A stretch of 57,621 bases of DNA from Azolla caroliniana (GCA_043228905.1 JBHGNT010000184.1:1-57621); one strand, 5' to 3'. Positions 36,888 through 51,243 are shown, counted from the stretch's first letter. Translations and numbers: made by a program. Notes: generated from the sequence alone by a model not told the origin.

Positions 36888-38214
36888 GACAAAGTTACCA
36901 AAGGCAAATGCATTAGCAAAATGGGATAATTAAGTAATAAACCATACAACTCACTTGCTAATCAAAGCCATAGTAACCTACACACCTCTCAAATGATAAT
37001 CAAAGCCATAATAAAGTATTATATTGATCACCTGATAATCAACGTCATAATAAACCATATAGCTCAATTGATAATCAAAGTCACAATAAAACTACATTTA
37101 TAGCTCAACAATCAAAGTCAATTAATTCATATAACTGGACTCATTGTCAAAATCAAATTAACTATGGAACTCAACTGAAAAAAAAATCAACACCTAATTA
37201 GGGGGGAGGGGGGGATATATCAAAACATTCAATTGTATTACAAATTTGCACCAATCTATATAGATAGATGGGTAGAGTGAGTAGGATATGACAGATTATC
37301 AGACTACATTCAATACAAGAAATGTGTCTCGTAAATTGCTTAGAAGGGTGGACTTTCTGGCATAGATTGATACACACCTAATTGAGGCATCCCCAAGGGG
37401 GGGTGTTTTCTTTGTTCACACACATCAGATGTGTGGTGGAAGTTGACATCTGACAGAGTATGGGTTGAGGAAGTGCTTGAATGCAGAGAAGGAAAGAGTT
37501 TCTAAGGAGGGGGAAGGGATGGGCGAGGAGGATTTGACATGCTTTGGGAAAGAGCTAAAGAGACAGGCTTATGACAATTCAAGAAAGTAGTTAGAGTGGC
37601 ATTTAATTGACATGATTGTGTGCCCACATACAGTCTTTGGGGGGAGGAGAGTAGTCGACTCGCCATTGTTGATGGGATGATTAAGCCCAACTCTTTAAGC
37701 AATCAGTGCAGTGCAGTGTTAAATTGAATGGGCAATCAAGCTTTCTCGTTAACCTAACCTGATTTTCAAAATTCTTTATCGCCCAATTTTCCTAAAGTAG
37801 ATACTACTGTACATGGCATAATTTGGACCAACAAGGGAATGTAAGGAGATTTTGAGTCATAATCTAACAACTCGACTACCCCATGTGAAGTTAAAGACGG
37901 ACCAACGTCCCTTCATAGGATGCCACGGCACACTTTTCACATTGGGCCTAGGACTTTGCTCCCAAGTGTGTAAATCAGAGCATTCAATACCCCCACACAC
38001 TCACTCACATTTTCAATGATTGCCACTTGCTACTGTAGCTATACACACACCAGATACAAAGTGTTTTTGGATGACTATTTATTGCTAAACCTAGGCAATT
38101 ATTTAGAGCTAAGTCGAGAGAGTAGGTATGGCTTATCTCAATACATATGTACATATATTTGGGCAGATTTATCATACATGTTCTACATAGAATTAGAGTT
38201 AGAATACATTCCAA

Positions 38215-41200
38215 ATGTTTCCCTTCGTCGATAACCTTTCCCTTCTCCATGCCCTCCTTAGCCTTGGTGTGGCAGCTATGGTAGCATTTCTGCTCTATTT
38301 CTGTATACCCACCTTCTATTCAAACACAAAGTTTGATGGCTTGTTTAGATCTCCATTGAGGGAAAACAATAATGATGTGCATCAATTAGAAAACCATGAG
38401 AAAGACGGTGAGACTAATTATGAGACCCATGACAAGAAGAAGAAAAAGAAACAGAGTAAGGCAGATGATCATCTTCCTCCTGGGAGTCTTGGTTTACCAT
38501 GGATTGGAGAAACTCTTCAGTTTGCTCTGTTCAATAGTTGCCCCATAGGCACTCCTCCTCCTTTCCTCTCCTCAAGGCTACAAAGGTACAATAACAAAAC
38601 CACTGAGACCAGTGGTTTCTTTCCAATGGTTTGGTTCCACATTTGGGTTAAAACAAGCTCTCTTCATTGCTTTCTACATACAAAATACATGCCAAGCTGT
38701 GTGTATGGAAAATGTAAGGGTGTATGTATATATCCATGGAAAATGAATGAAAATGTATGCGTTTGTGTGTATGTACCTACGATGTATGTATGTCCCAAAG
38801 AGGCCACCATTTCCCCAAACAAATCTTTTCATTGTTGGAATTTTTAGATACAAAACACAATTCCATGATAATGCAGTCCGAGAAGGAATCTGGTCTACAA
38901 TGATGAAGCTGAATGTGCCCGGGAAAATCAGACATTTCTTTATATTTTGGCCCTAATGTGTGTATGTATTGTCAAGTATTAAATTCATGCCTTAAGGAGT
39001 TGCTGATGCAGATATGGACAAGTGTTCAAGACACACTTGATGGGTAGACCAACACTCGTATCCATGGATCCGAATCTGAACAAATATCTACTCTCGAATG
39101 AGGAGAAACTGGTCCATGTCTACTTCCCCATATTCATTACCAAGATCGTGGGGCCCATCCTGATAGTGCACGGGGCACGTCACAAACGCCTACGGGAGAT
39201 TGCGGTTTCACGATTGGGCCCGGCCGCGATTCAACAACACCATTGGGTGCCCATCCAAGAGCAGGCCCTCTCTGTTCTTCACTCATGGGGTCATGGGAAG
39301 CTCGAGATCGATGCCCAACATGAGGCCAAACAGGTAGAATATGTAGATTTTGTTTGAAGCTCAACTCTCTTTATGGTGTTATGTGATGATTCATGGGGGG
39401 GGTTTCCTTTTTCATCTCTATTTTTCACTCTTTATTTCCTTTTTCCTTTGTGGACCCAGTTCATTTTCAACCACATTGTGAAGCAACTCATTAGTTTGGA
39501 AGCCACAAACGAGACAACAAAGAAACTCATGGAAGGTTATATGTTCCTTATGAAAGGATACTCTGCAATTCCACTAGATTTTCCAGGAACCACATATCAC
39601 AGGGTTCTCAAGGTAATAAATAATGTCCACACTGTAGCCATACATATGTGGTGCCAATCTAATGAAGTCTGCTGTATACTGGCTCAATTAATGTAGTTTC
39701 ACGACAATGTGTATGTGTATCCTCAAAAGAGTGCACGCATTGACTGACCCCTTTCTTGAATATAGGCTCGGGATAGGATCATCGATCACTTTCGGGAAAT
39801 ATTAAAAGAAAGAAGAAACTGTGTTGGACGATGCAGCTCCGATTTCCTAGATGCTTTAATCGAGACAACTGACGAATGTGGAAGACCTTGGAATGATCAA
39901 GATATTTTGGACTTCCTCTTCTTCCTCATCTTGGGTGCTTTTGAAACTACCAGCGTCTTTCTCACAAATGTACTCAAATTCCTCTCAGAGAATCCACATG
40001 TTGTTGATGAGCTCCGGGTCAGTAAATTATCTTCATACTGTCCGTATATGTGCATAGCTACATCTATAAATGTGTTTGCTCACATACATACATGGTATCT
40101 ATTTCTGGAGTTTTATTTGCCCTATTTGCCACAATTAATGTACAGTTCTTCACATATCAATGAAATGTACTAGGCAGTGATGATTATGTGTGAATGTGTA
40201 TATGAATGCATGCATGTGTGCCTGTATCGATATATTTATGTGTTTGTGAGTACGCCGGATCTGGCGACAGTTGTTTGTGCCTGGGTGCATGCTTTCATTT
40301 GTGTATGATTATTGCATATTCAAAGAAGATTATTTGTTCTATAAATATGTAGAAGGAACACTTTGTCTTTCATGAGGGCAAGAAAGTTTGTGCACATGCC
40401 TCTGTGTGTGTGTGGATTCCTTATACAAAAGCATTATTGGTTCCTTACACATGCAGAAAGAACACTTGGGCATTCGGGAGTGTAAAAAGGATGGGGAGCT
40501 TTTGACATGGAACGATTACAAACAAATGCACTTCACGGATCTGGTAAGAACATTGTAATGTGGTCAATTGTCTGTCATATCATCACTCATTGATAGAGAC
40601 CAAAGCACTCAATACATGTGAATCATAGGTATTGAAGGAGACACTACGGCTTGCGAGTATAGTGCACTACGTAACACGAGAAACGCTCCAAGATATTCAA
40701 TTTCAAGGTAAAAAATTTCGACTGTTCCAATGTTCCTCGATTTTTCTTTTCATTGGTATGACAGTTATATAGGATGGTGTTAACAGTAAGAATTTGCATT
40801 AGATATGGTCATTCCGAAGGGATGGATGGTGTTGCTTAATTTCTCTATGGTGCATCTCAATCCCAACTACTACCCTAATCCCCTCAAGTTTGATCCATGG
40901 CGATGGAAGGTGAAGGAAGAATCTAGACCTACATGTCAAATATATCTAGATTGATTTGTTACATGGACACATCACAAATTATCTGGATGCATCATTATGT
41001 TTCAATTTTGCAATTGGCCCAGGACATTGCCAATAACAGTCCTCACTTGTTAATGCCTTTTGGTGGAGGAATTCGAAGCTGCCTTGGTTCTGCAATGGCC
41101 AAATGTAAAGTTTCAGTTTTCTTACATTACTTGATAACACATTACAGGTAAGTGATGAAGAAGAAATTCTACAAAGATCTTTTCATTTGATGTATTGGGC

Positions 41201-41400
41201 AAATGTAAAGTTTCAATTTTCTTACATTACTTGGTAATGCTTTACCAATATCTTTTTATTTGATGTCCCACTTTGTCTTGTTTTCACATTGCAGATGGGA
41301 ACGAATAGATAACAAAGATGGACAACTTGATGAGGTGTCTGGACTCACATTTCCCACAATGCGGAATGGCCTACGAATGAGCATGGAACCTCTCTCTTAA
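38215..41400 (+). CDS. Cytochrome P450, CYP85 clan, tandem copy B. 9 exons: 38215-38585, 39012-39333, 39460-39612, 39766-40017, 40457-40543, 40629-40707, 40803-40909, 41023-41147, ~41295-41400.
   Basis: Same exon structure as copy A; ILGAFETT, ETLR, FDPWRW, PFGGGIRSCLG. Upstream and downstream flanks are also homologous to those of copy A. Confidence 0.93.
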
Positions 41401-42384
41401 ATTTTTCTATCTTCAATATATACAGCATGCCTTTGTATCATTCGAAAGTTAGGCGGTAATTTGTAAACCCCTGGTATACTTGAATCCATTTGTTTTGATC
41501 CAATCATGAAACAACAATTTGGTATTGATGTGCAATGTCTACAATTACAATTTCATATATGTCTAATGTCAATGAAAGAATAATCAGTTTTATCTCGTAT
41601 ATATGATTGATGTCAATGAGAATGAACGATCATTGGTTATTTCATGTCTATATCAATGAGAAAAATGATATTAACAGCCAATCGTGGAAAAATGATATTT
41701 CATATTTAAAGTAAATGTCTACTTTACTTTTAAATATGAAACTCAATTAAATATCAACGCCAAATTATGTCCATTCATAGTGTATAATTTTAGTTCATAG
41801 GAATTGTTACAATAGCTATAGAAAGGACAAAGAAATAGAAATGCAATTCATCATGAAACATAATGGGCGTGCTTGGATATCAAAGAAATTGTTGGAGGCT
41901 AAAACTACAATGGATGAGCTTTGTCAAATTTGAGATTTATTTTCTTTATGTTTCTCTCAATAGTTTTTAAGTTGCTACACCCTTAACAGGAAGCTACGTT
42001 TTTTGTAAGATTTACATTTTGGTTCATATCTCAAATATTAGACGTCACAATGGATCTTAGGCTTTAGCTATGCTTCTCTGTAAATGCTTCTTTTGCTTAA
42101 TACTTACAAATTACAATTAGATTTTTAGTGGTACGTTTTTAAATCAAATGCATAAGTAGTAAGTTTTTAAATCACTGACAATTAATTTCTAAAGTGTACG
42201 TAAGGGGTTTTGCACATCCAATTTGTAGAATGAGCATCTTACCCCCTCTCAATTAACTTGTTTTTGTAAGTACTATTCCTTACAATCAAACACATGATGC
42301 CCTCAAGCCTCTTCATTTCTCTCTAATAGTCACAAGTGTGTTAATTCTTTTTAACGCCCTTGGATCATCAATATCTTTCCTCCT

Positions 42385-42870
42385 GATTAGCAAAAGGTCA
42401 TCTTAGTACCTATTCTGAAACCTTTTTCCGAATCATGCAAGAGATCCTAAAGGTCTACAAACAATTGGCATTCATGTCATGTCAAGTTATCACCTTAAGT
42501 TCGTTTGGGCCCACAATCAAGACAGTTCCTCAAATTAATTAATGATATCTAATGATAATATACTTATCAATAAGCCTAAAGGCATGTATAATACCTTAGG
42601 AACAATGTCCAAGGCTATTCTTGGTTTACATCAATATCTTTCGTCTCGATTAGCAAAAGTTCATCTCAGTACGATTGTGATACATTTTCCAAATGATGTA
42701 AGAGTCATAAAGGTTTACAAACAATTAGCACCACTGTCATGTCAAGTTATCACCTTAACTTCGTTTGGGCCCACAATCAAGACAATTCCTCAAATTAAGT
42801 AATGGTACCTAATGATAATATACTTATGAACAAGCTAAAGGCATGTATAATAATACCTTAGGGACAGTGT
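42385..42870 (+). repeat. Imperfect ~263-bp tandem duplication downstream of P450 copy B
   Basis: GATTAGCAAAAG.TCATCT.AGTAC at ~42385 and ~42648; TGTCATGTCAAGTTATCACCTTAA.TTCGTTTGGGCCCACAATCAAGACA occurs twice. Confidence 0.85.
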
Positions 42871-43638
42871 CTCCTTGGTTTACATCTTCTCCATAACAAT
42901 AATAAAATCTCAAAAAACCTAGTATGGTCAAGAAAGGGGGCAAACCTCACTCACATTCTTGAATGCACAAATTACATGGCTCATGCAATCACATTGGCTA
43001 CACTACGCTTCCATGAAAGGCAGAAATGTAGACAATTCCTCACTTTAGGATGAACTATTTAATATGATAAAATTGCCAAAAGAAGATAAACATTAGTATT
43101 GCGTGGTACCTATCCATCAACATATATCAAAACATCTCATCACATATATCAAATACCACATACTTATCAATTTTGTAAGCCATCAAATAAAAAAATGAAG
43201 TGCTACCCTCAAAACATTTTTTTGGTATTTCCTCATAAGAATCATAACCAAGACCAAATCCCCTTACATTGTCTTCAAAACACCTTATAGACCACTTGGC
43301 CCGCCACATATTAACCTTTCACAAATCATCAATGACAATCATATAAATGTTATATATAACTTGGAATAGTCTCAATAAGATTTGCTTCCAAGTATCAACA
43401 AGGATTTGCAACATAAGAACGCCCAAGGCTTCTTTCTTTACTACAGATGTTTACGGTTTGGGGGGTTTTGGGTTTCTTAGTGTTTTGGTTATCTAGGGAA
43501 TTGGGCATTTTATGGTGTAGGGCTTCCCAAGTGACTTTTCTTCAATATTTACTCTGATTCCATGTTGATATTCTTGTTGTTGTTGATATTCTTGTTGTGT
43601 TTACGATGGGAAGTAAAGTGATACCATCACGCAACACA

Positions 43639-45814
43639 TCATAGTTGCATGAATTTGCACTCAACAGGGGCAGGCCGTTTCGAATTCCATGGTGAGACTC
43701 TTCTTTTCAAAGGTTGTAAGAATGAGGAAACCAAAAGCTGATGTTTTTTGGGTGATGCTATGGCCAAGGAATCTGTGAAATGTATACATCCTTTGCACAC
43801 TTTGCTTTTGCATCCTCTTTTATGGCCTTCAATTTCACGTGGATACCGAATTGTCGGTGCACCCAGACTATCAGGGAGCAAGCAACTGCATAATGTACCT
43901 GTTATGGTTTAGGCTTTCAGGTTAATTTGAAGCTAAAACAGATGTTTAAAAAATAAAACCCCATAAAACTAATCTAATGTAATAGGGTTTAGCTTGTATC
44001 CTTTACCACTATTTGTTTTGGGTTAGTTCAGAGCTAAAAGTGTTTAGAGGCCAGAACTCCATTGTCACTAACTTAAATGTAATCTGATCAAGGGTTTAGG
44101 GTCCTCTCAGAGCAGAATATGCTTAGACACAAAACTTAATTCCCTGGTAAGAGAAGGTTTAGTAGTTTGTAGCCGAAAGTGTTTATAGAGTAAAAAAAAT
44201 GAAACTCTGTTGCCATTAACCTAATGTCACATGGTTTAGGTTTAACTTAGAGGTATAAGCGTTCAGAGACTGTATTTAAAGTCCAACGAAATCTACATTG
44301 CCCATAACAGTAGTAAGGTTTAGGGTATAGGATCATTTGAAGTTAAATTTATCTAGAGGTCAAATTTAAACAGAAAACAAAATATACATTGCCAAAAATC
44401 TAATGTAGTGGGTTTAAGTTTACTTCCAAGATAATAAAGGTAAGTGATAAAGAGACCAAAAAAAGGTATCCAATTACCACTAACCTAATGTAGCCAGACG
44501 ATTGACCCAAGCAGGTATCGGAATACCAGTCAACCTAACTGAAACATCGTTGCAGAAATGGTTGCAATTCTTCGCCATAAGATGATAGGTGTCACCATTA
44601 TATTCATTGGCTATACGAACCATAAACTCTCGGAATTCCTTGGAATCAAGATCAATTGTTCCTAGTTGAATAGACTTCCGAAAACTGAACCCGGGACAGC
44701 TACGAGGTTCGACCTCAAACACGCCACTTGAAGAGAAATCATGTGCTCCAAATGCATACTCCACACCATGAGCTGAAATGAAAACAACAGTATAATATGC
44801 ATTAGAGCATCATGCATTTGTTTATTCAAGGTTTTTGCTCGATTCAAGTAGATTAAAATGCAACCCTTGAGAGCCTAGTTATTCAAGTAGATATCAATTG
44901 GCTCATGGCCAATTTTAGGGCATAGAATGAAAACCCTAAAGAACCTAAAATAAAGACACCTGGAAACTTTTAGAGCATAGAATACCATCACAAAAACCAG
45001 AATCCACAATAATAGACGCCAGACAACAAGAAGCTACACAACACAAGAGATTGTGTATGTAACAATCTCAGTGCATCAGTTCATTGTTTTATCCGAGATA
45101 TAAAGGATTAACTGTGTCATTAAGGCAATAGTTTCTCGCCCAATTCTCTATACAAGTATATTTTCACCCATATCATCATCATATCTTGCTTAAAATTGTG
45201 CATTTTAAATAGTAGTGCTATATCTCTGTCCTTCAAGTGAGATCAACATACAAGCAAATCTCTTACACACAGGAAATCTGCCATAATCTACTAATATTCT
45301 TGAAAGATATACAAAAAATGAGAAGCAAAAGTAGATTAGAAAATTCCAAAAGAAAACAAAGAAAATGTAAAACAGAACACAGTGATAAGGAAAGAAACAG
45401 AGAGTAAGTAAGAAACGAAACGCCGAAAATGCCAGAATGTAGCGCCAAAAAATGCAAACGTAAAAAGAAGATAGAAAATATGGAAATGCCAGAAGGTAGC
45501 GCCAAAAAACGCAATAAAGAAGATAGAAAATTCGTAGTCATAGAGAAGACGCAATGTAAAAGAAAAAAACCCAGAAATATGGAAAAAATCAACATTCGAG
45601 AGAAAATAATTAAAAAGTATAGCATAAAATCACAGAAAATGAGAGAACGGGTAGAATCATACAGAAGGAAGATATGCGATTTACCTTCAACAGCAGAGTG
45701 GTATATGCCAATCCCAAACCAGTAGAGATAGCCGTTCATGGGCGTCAGATCGTATACATTGAGATAGATCGGAACTCCTGCTTTCTTCTTCCTCCCTATT
45801 AATCTCCTCAACAT
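43639..45814 (-). CDS. DeSI-like / PPPDE thiol peptidase (deSUMOylase/deubiquitinase family). Exons 45814-45685, 44772-44485, 43898-43639.
   Basis: PIYLNVYDLTPMNGYLYWFGIGIYHSAVE|AHGVEYAFGAH...YHLMAKNCNHF...PAWVNRLATLG|TLCSCLLP. Catalytic His and Cys (NCN) present; GT-AG phase-1 introns. Confidence 0.95.
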
Positions 45815-46327
45815 TTTTTTTTCTTCAAATTCTCTGTCGAAAAAACCTGACTCTCTTTCACTCCCTGCAGAAAACCCTAATTATCTTTCACCCTCTGCAG
45901 AAAATCCTTGTATTCTTTTTTTTATCTCTAAGGAAACCCCAACTTCTCTTTTTGATCTCTACAGAAAACCGTAATTTCCTTAACCTCTACAAAGCACCCA
46001 AGGTTAGGCGGGTTAGGCTGAGAAGAAGAGGCTCACGAGAGATCAATGCAATCCATCTTCTGCTCTTGTGCGAAAGAACCCACACTAAATGTGGAGAGGG
46101 GGGGGGGGGGGGGGGCATTAAAGCTAGGCTCCTCAAAAATAGAATGAACTGTTGACGATGAGAGAGACAGAGACAGAGACAGAGACAGAGAGAAGGAGGG
46201 AGGAGAAATGTTTTTTAGGGTAAAAAGGTTATATATAATTAGGAGATAAACACACTGGCTTTGGTCTAGCAGAGATGAGATGAGATGAGAATAGAAAAGA
46301 AGAGACAAGACGGACGGACGGACGGAC

Positions 46328-46402
46328 GGTAAGCTTGTCCGGTGAGTCGTCCAGAGGCAGAGACTACAAGGTCATGGGTTCAAGCCATGCATTCCGCAGC
46401 AC

Positions 46403-46438
<36 letters not shown>

Positions 46439-46470
46439 CAAGGTCATGCATTCAACCCCTACATTGCACC
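46328..46470 (+). mobile_element. tRNA-SINE-like fragment with a (TAG)n tract and a duplicated B-box segment
   Basis: AGGTCATGGGTTCAAGCC, then (TAG)n at ~46403-46438, then AGGTCATGCATTCAACCCCTACATTGCAC, which matches 15203-15233. Confidence 0.55.
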
Positions 46471-48108
46471 CCCTAGTAAATCTATAGGGAAAACCTTATA
46501 GTGTAATAAAGGAAGCACGAATCTCGGGGCTTTGAAACCCAATGCAATGGCCTTTATTAAAAGAGACAGAACACATAATATCCTTTGCACTGTATATATA
46601 CATAGCTCATAAAAAGGATCAACCGCGAACAAGTGTATTTTATTAACGTGTGTCATCTCATCGTCTCTACCAAAGCCAGTGTAGCTTGTTGAGACCGAGA
46701 CAATACATCCATCCATTCTTAATGACTTGTTCTCTCGCTTGGGAATATGAGAATTATCAATCACTCAATTGACGTGAAGAAAAGAGTAACTTTTGGTCGT
46801 ATCCCAACGCCCAATAGAGAAGAAAGAGAGACCCCACTCCTCGCAATATCTATGAGATTTTTTGTCATTCTTAACTACTATCCAACTATATATTTATTTT
46901 TCTTAGGTGCGTTATTGTTTTGATCAAATCAACTCATGTTTGTGCCTCGAATCATGGCCTCGCAAACATTGACATTGTTTCTACATTTCTTCTTCTTTTG
47001 TGTTGTGTCTCATCAAAGGACCATATAAGCTTACATGTAATGCAATGTAAATATAGCATCATATATTCATATCTATGTACGTATATGGAATGTCCCTATG
47101 CAATGCCCATACATACAATCAAAGTATAGGGCCAAACATTTGAACGTGATTATCATTTCTTGTGTCTATGTTTTAGTTCTATCCCACTAGTATACATGTT
47201 AGTCATGAAATAATTCCATAATAACAAAGCAAGCTCGTGTGAAGGCACTAAGTATGCAAGTGGTTTATTAGTTCATAGTATTAGAGGTATTGCAAATTTG
47301 CAAGCAACATAATTATTTTACATATGGAATAAAGGAGCTTAGAGAAATCATTAAACTAGTATTTTTGGGAACGATGTAAAACTCAAAGGGATTATAAACA
47401 AGTTCAAAGAAGAGACAATGGAAACATTGATATACCCCTAATTGCATTAATCACACAAATACACCCTAATTGTATACTTACTAGGATATTCCTCAATTTT
47501 TTGACATTAACAAGATGTTGGTTGGTTGTTTAGATTAGCAACTAGGTTGATTTTTTTTGTTTATGTTGACTCAATACTAATAAATCATTTACTTATTTTC
47601 TAATTATTTAGTTTCACTCATGGTGATTAATAGGTTGATTGTTTAGTTTGTGCCTAATAAAATATTTAAGTGACTGATAACTTTAAACGATAGGCATCCC
47701 TCCACGGTTGCAAAAGTCATGGGTATATTGGTACCTTTAACTATATACAATTATTTAATTCAAGGTTCAAGGTAAAGACTTCAAAAAATGCCATGAAAGT
47801 GCCAAACTTCTTCTTTTTTAAAGAAAGATGCACCTTGGTATATTACTTGAAAATTGTATATGGAGAAAACTGGAGACATTTCATCTCACTTCTATTGTAT
47901 AAGAATCTGATCAAACAAACGATGTCATATATCAAACAATTAGAACAATACTATCAATTATGCAACATAAAAGAAGGTATGGCATAATTCCACCTTAGAC
48001 CAACAATTGTATTCGAAAATAAGTGAAGTCCTTGTCATCGGTCCTTAAAGGCCACTTCTCGTTGCCACTGAACATCATCCGAATCTTGCAAATAATCATA
48101 TTGACCAC

Positions 48109-48660
48109 TTAGTGTGTGGACAAATAAATCCAAAATTCAATAAGCATAGTGTGGAGATGTATGTGAACATCGTTAAAAACATAATCACATCTTGCTTTCC
48201 ATATTATCCAAAGAGACAACGACATAATAGTACACCAAATAACCAAAATTTTAATCTTGAACCATCGAATAAAAGAAGGAAATGAGTTGAGAGAGAGGTG
48301 TCCAAAGGAAAAGAAAGACATGAGAAGCACGCGTACTTTCATACCTCATAACATCTCCATGGAGGACACCCCATAATATTGCACCCCGAGAGAAAATTGA
48401 ACGAGAATAATGTTGTCTAAGCAGCAAAAACAACTTATTCCAAAATTGCTTGATCTTGGGACATAACCAAAACACATGCAAAATAGATTCAATTGGTGCA
48501 CCGCAATGCATTCCACAAGCATATTGTTGATGTTGCCTCAACCAATCACCAATAGGAAGAGCATAATGAATTAACAACCAACGAAAGCAATTAACTTTTT
48601 TCAACAACTGCATACTCCACAACCATTTCCAAAAGTTTGCAAGTTGCAAACTTACAAATC
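48109..48660 (-). mobile_element. Decayed LINE (L1-type) ORF2 3' end with zf-RVT zinc finger
   Basis: KKVNCFRWLLIHYALP...CGMHCGAPIESILHVFWLCPKIKQFW and downstream LWIIWKARCDYVFN, both typical of plant L1 C-termini. Confidence 0.85.
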
Positions 48661-51243
48661 CTACTCAATTTGCAAGAGAAAGAATCTATGGAAGATATCA
48701 CAGGCAATTTCAACAATCGACAGATGGTTACTTGCCACCATCAAAAGATAATTTGATATTAGTATCATCATGTTTACGAATTCTGTAGGGAAGTCAATAT
48801 GTGCTCTCTACGCTTTTTGCCCATGTTCTTTTGTTGAGGAGAAACCATTGTAAGTACGTTCTCCAAATGATGCAAAATAGTTTCCCATTACATGCTCTCC
48901 AATTGCACTTTATTTAGGCATTGTTTAACATTGGAGACCAATGTAAGGGGATAAAAACTTCTGCACGATTTCTCTTTTCCTTTCCTTCTTAGGAAACATG
49001 ATTTATGATTTCTTAAAGACCTCTGGCCACTCTCTCATAGAACTTGCAAAAAGGAAAGTGGCTTTTCAATTAATTGAACTTGATCGTCTTTTTCTTATTC
49101 ATTTAATTTGAATTCCACGCATAATGAATGCATATGCCCTTGTTTTCTACTTGGCATTCATCAAGTGTCAACTTCACCTTAGATTGGCTAATAAGTGGTA
49201 TACATCCTTCACATCTCTTGGAGGCTTACCTCCTCCCAAGTATTGTGACGGTCATAGTTGTGGAAGGTTTGGACCAAAATGAGTTAATGGTCTAAAGGTT
49301 TGGCTTTGTTTGCTTCCTTGATTGTATATCTTGTGGTTTTACATTGCCACTCAAAGTTATACTAATCCTCCCTTATGTTGTTACGAACATTTGTTTGAGA
49401 GAGAAGTGACACCAAATTTGCTTGGCCCTTATGTGCCTGCAATGATTGTTTTTTTTTGCAATCTACATGATGAAAACAAAATGTTGGTATCTTGTTTGTT
49501 TATTTGCAATGGATGACATAAGGTTCATAGTACCCTCCTATCTAAACAAGGCCCTTTTTCTTGGTTTCGTCGAGGGCAGAAGCACTAAATTAAATATGCA
49601 ATCGACAAGAAAGGGCCTTGATGGGTACTCAAAATTATGCTCTATGTATTTACTCTCATAAGGTTAAACAACGTATGATTTTAGGAGCTATTGAAAATGA
49701 TGTCACACTTGATCTCAAGGTGATCAAATATCAGAGGATAAGTAGTCTAGCCCCTCCCCTCATTTATATTGCCCACTTCCCTTGAATGAAAGGGGAGAGT
49801 GTAAAACCCTACACACGTGACACTGGGGCAAGAAAATAAATAAATAATAGCAGGATAGCATTTAATGGCAATGCCCAATGAGAGGTACATGATATCCACT
49901 TTCATAATAGAAAAATGAAAGGAAATCTAGACTATCATATTTTCAAGAAAACTCGAAGGATAATGAAGTTTTGTTCATCAACTAGCATGTGCTTAATGGT
50001 ATGTTGATTTGATGTAACTCCCGAGGTTGTATTCTTCCATTATGATGGATCAATAAACTCAACCAACATTGTCTCATCCAACAATTTGCATATGCTATGT
50101 TTTTTCACATTCAATGTAGATGAATGTGCATCTATATCGTTGTTTATTTCTAAACCTAAAGTGGAACTATAGTGTAAAACCTAGTGTCATTGCTAAATCA
50201 TGGACTATACTTAAAGAGTTTACACTCACAATAGTGTACCAAGAACACGTAAGATATTGTCTAGAGACCATAATTGGATAATGGTGTATTCATTTTCTAT
50301 TATATAGCCCAAGGTTAAACAATAGTAATATGACATCGACCCATCACCACCACTTAAATGTGAAGCTTTGAACCCATTTAAAAAATCATTGTTCCTAAAA
50401 CGTAAATACTAACATGATGAGCATGCTTCGCATTTTCAATAACAATAGATGAGGGTTTCTTGATGGCTTGTATACGAGAACCTTAAAAAACAACTTGTAT
50501 ATGAGAACCTTCAAAACAACTACTAGGGATTGCACACACCTAATTTTATGTATGTATGCACGCATGTTTATTTATATGAGAAAGAGATTTTATGCCTTAT
50601 ATTTTAGGATCCTCAACTACTTTCCCTCACTTAATACTCTATTAGCTTATGTTAGTGAATATGAGATGAGGATTTATTTTTATTTATTTATTTATTTCCA
50701 AAAAAAGGGAGATGAAGCTTTAATAATAAGGCAACCTTCAACAACTTAATAAAATTTTGTAGTTGTGTACAATAAGCAACCTTTGTTTATGTTGGCATGG
50801 GGACATAGCTAATTATTCATGGACATATCCATTTACTAGCAATAAATTCAATATTTTCCAATATTTTTGTGTTGTTAGGTAGACATATAATTTCTAGTTC
50901 AGGAGACGTTTTCACCTAGGTCGTTCCCCAAAATTTCTTTCTAAGTTTATGGGTGAGCTATGAGAAATGAAACAATCACATAAAGTACTTTTTTTTTTCC
51001 AAAACAATATTCTTCATTAGTATAAATTCTTCATACATGAGAAAATGATTAGTCTGACAACATCGTAGAAGTTGTGGCCGTGATAGGCCAATAAAAAACT
51101 CAAAGACTCAAAGTAGAAGACTACAAAGAACGGTGGACACACATACATGACTCTTCTTCCCATCTCATGTGATCATTGGCTAAGACCCGATGTTCCTCCA
51201 TCTTCTTCCATTCTCGCATGCTGATCAGCATACCAATAAACGC

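Noticed and set aside
45263-45725. Hydrophobic 183-aa extension and Lys-rich antisense ORF
   Set aside because: Read-through into the T-rich first intron of the DeSI gene; the GT donor is at 45684.
20252-45814. Functional or biosynthetic cluster linking the capping enzyme, P450s and DeSI
   Set aside because: There is no pathway logic and no terpene synthase, cyclase or transferase in the window. It is an ordinary gene neighbourhood.
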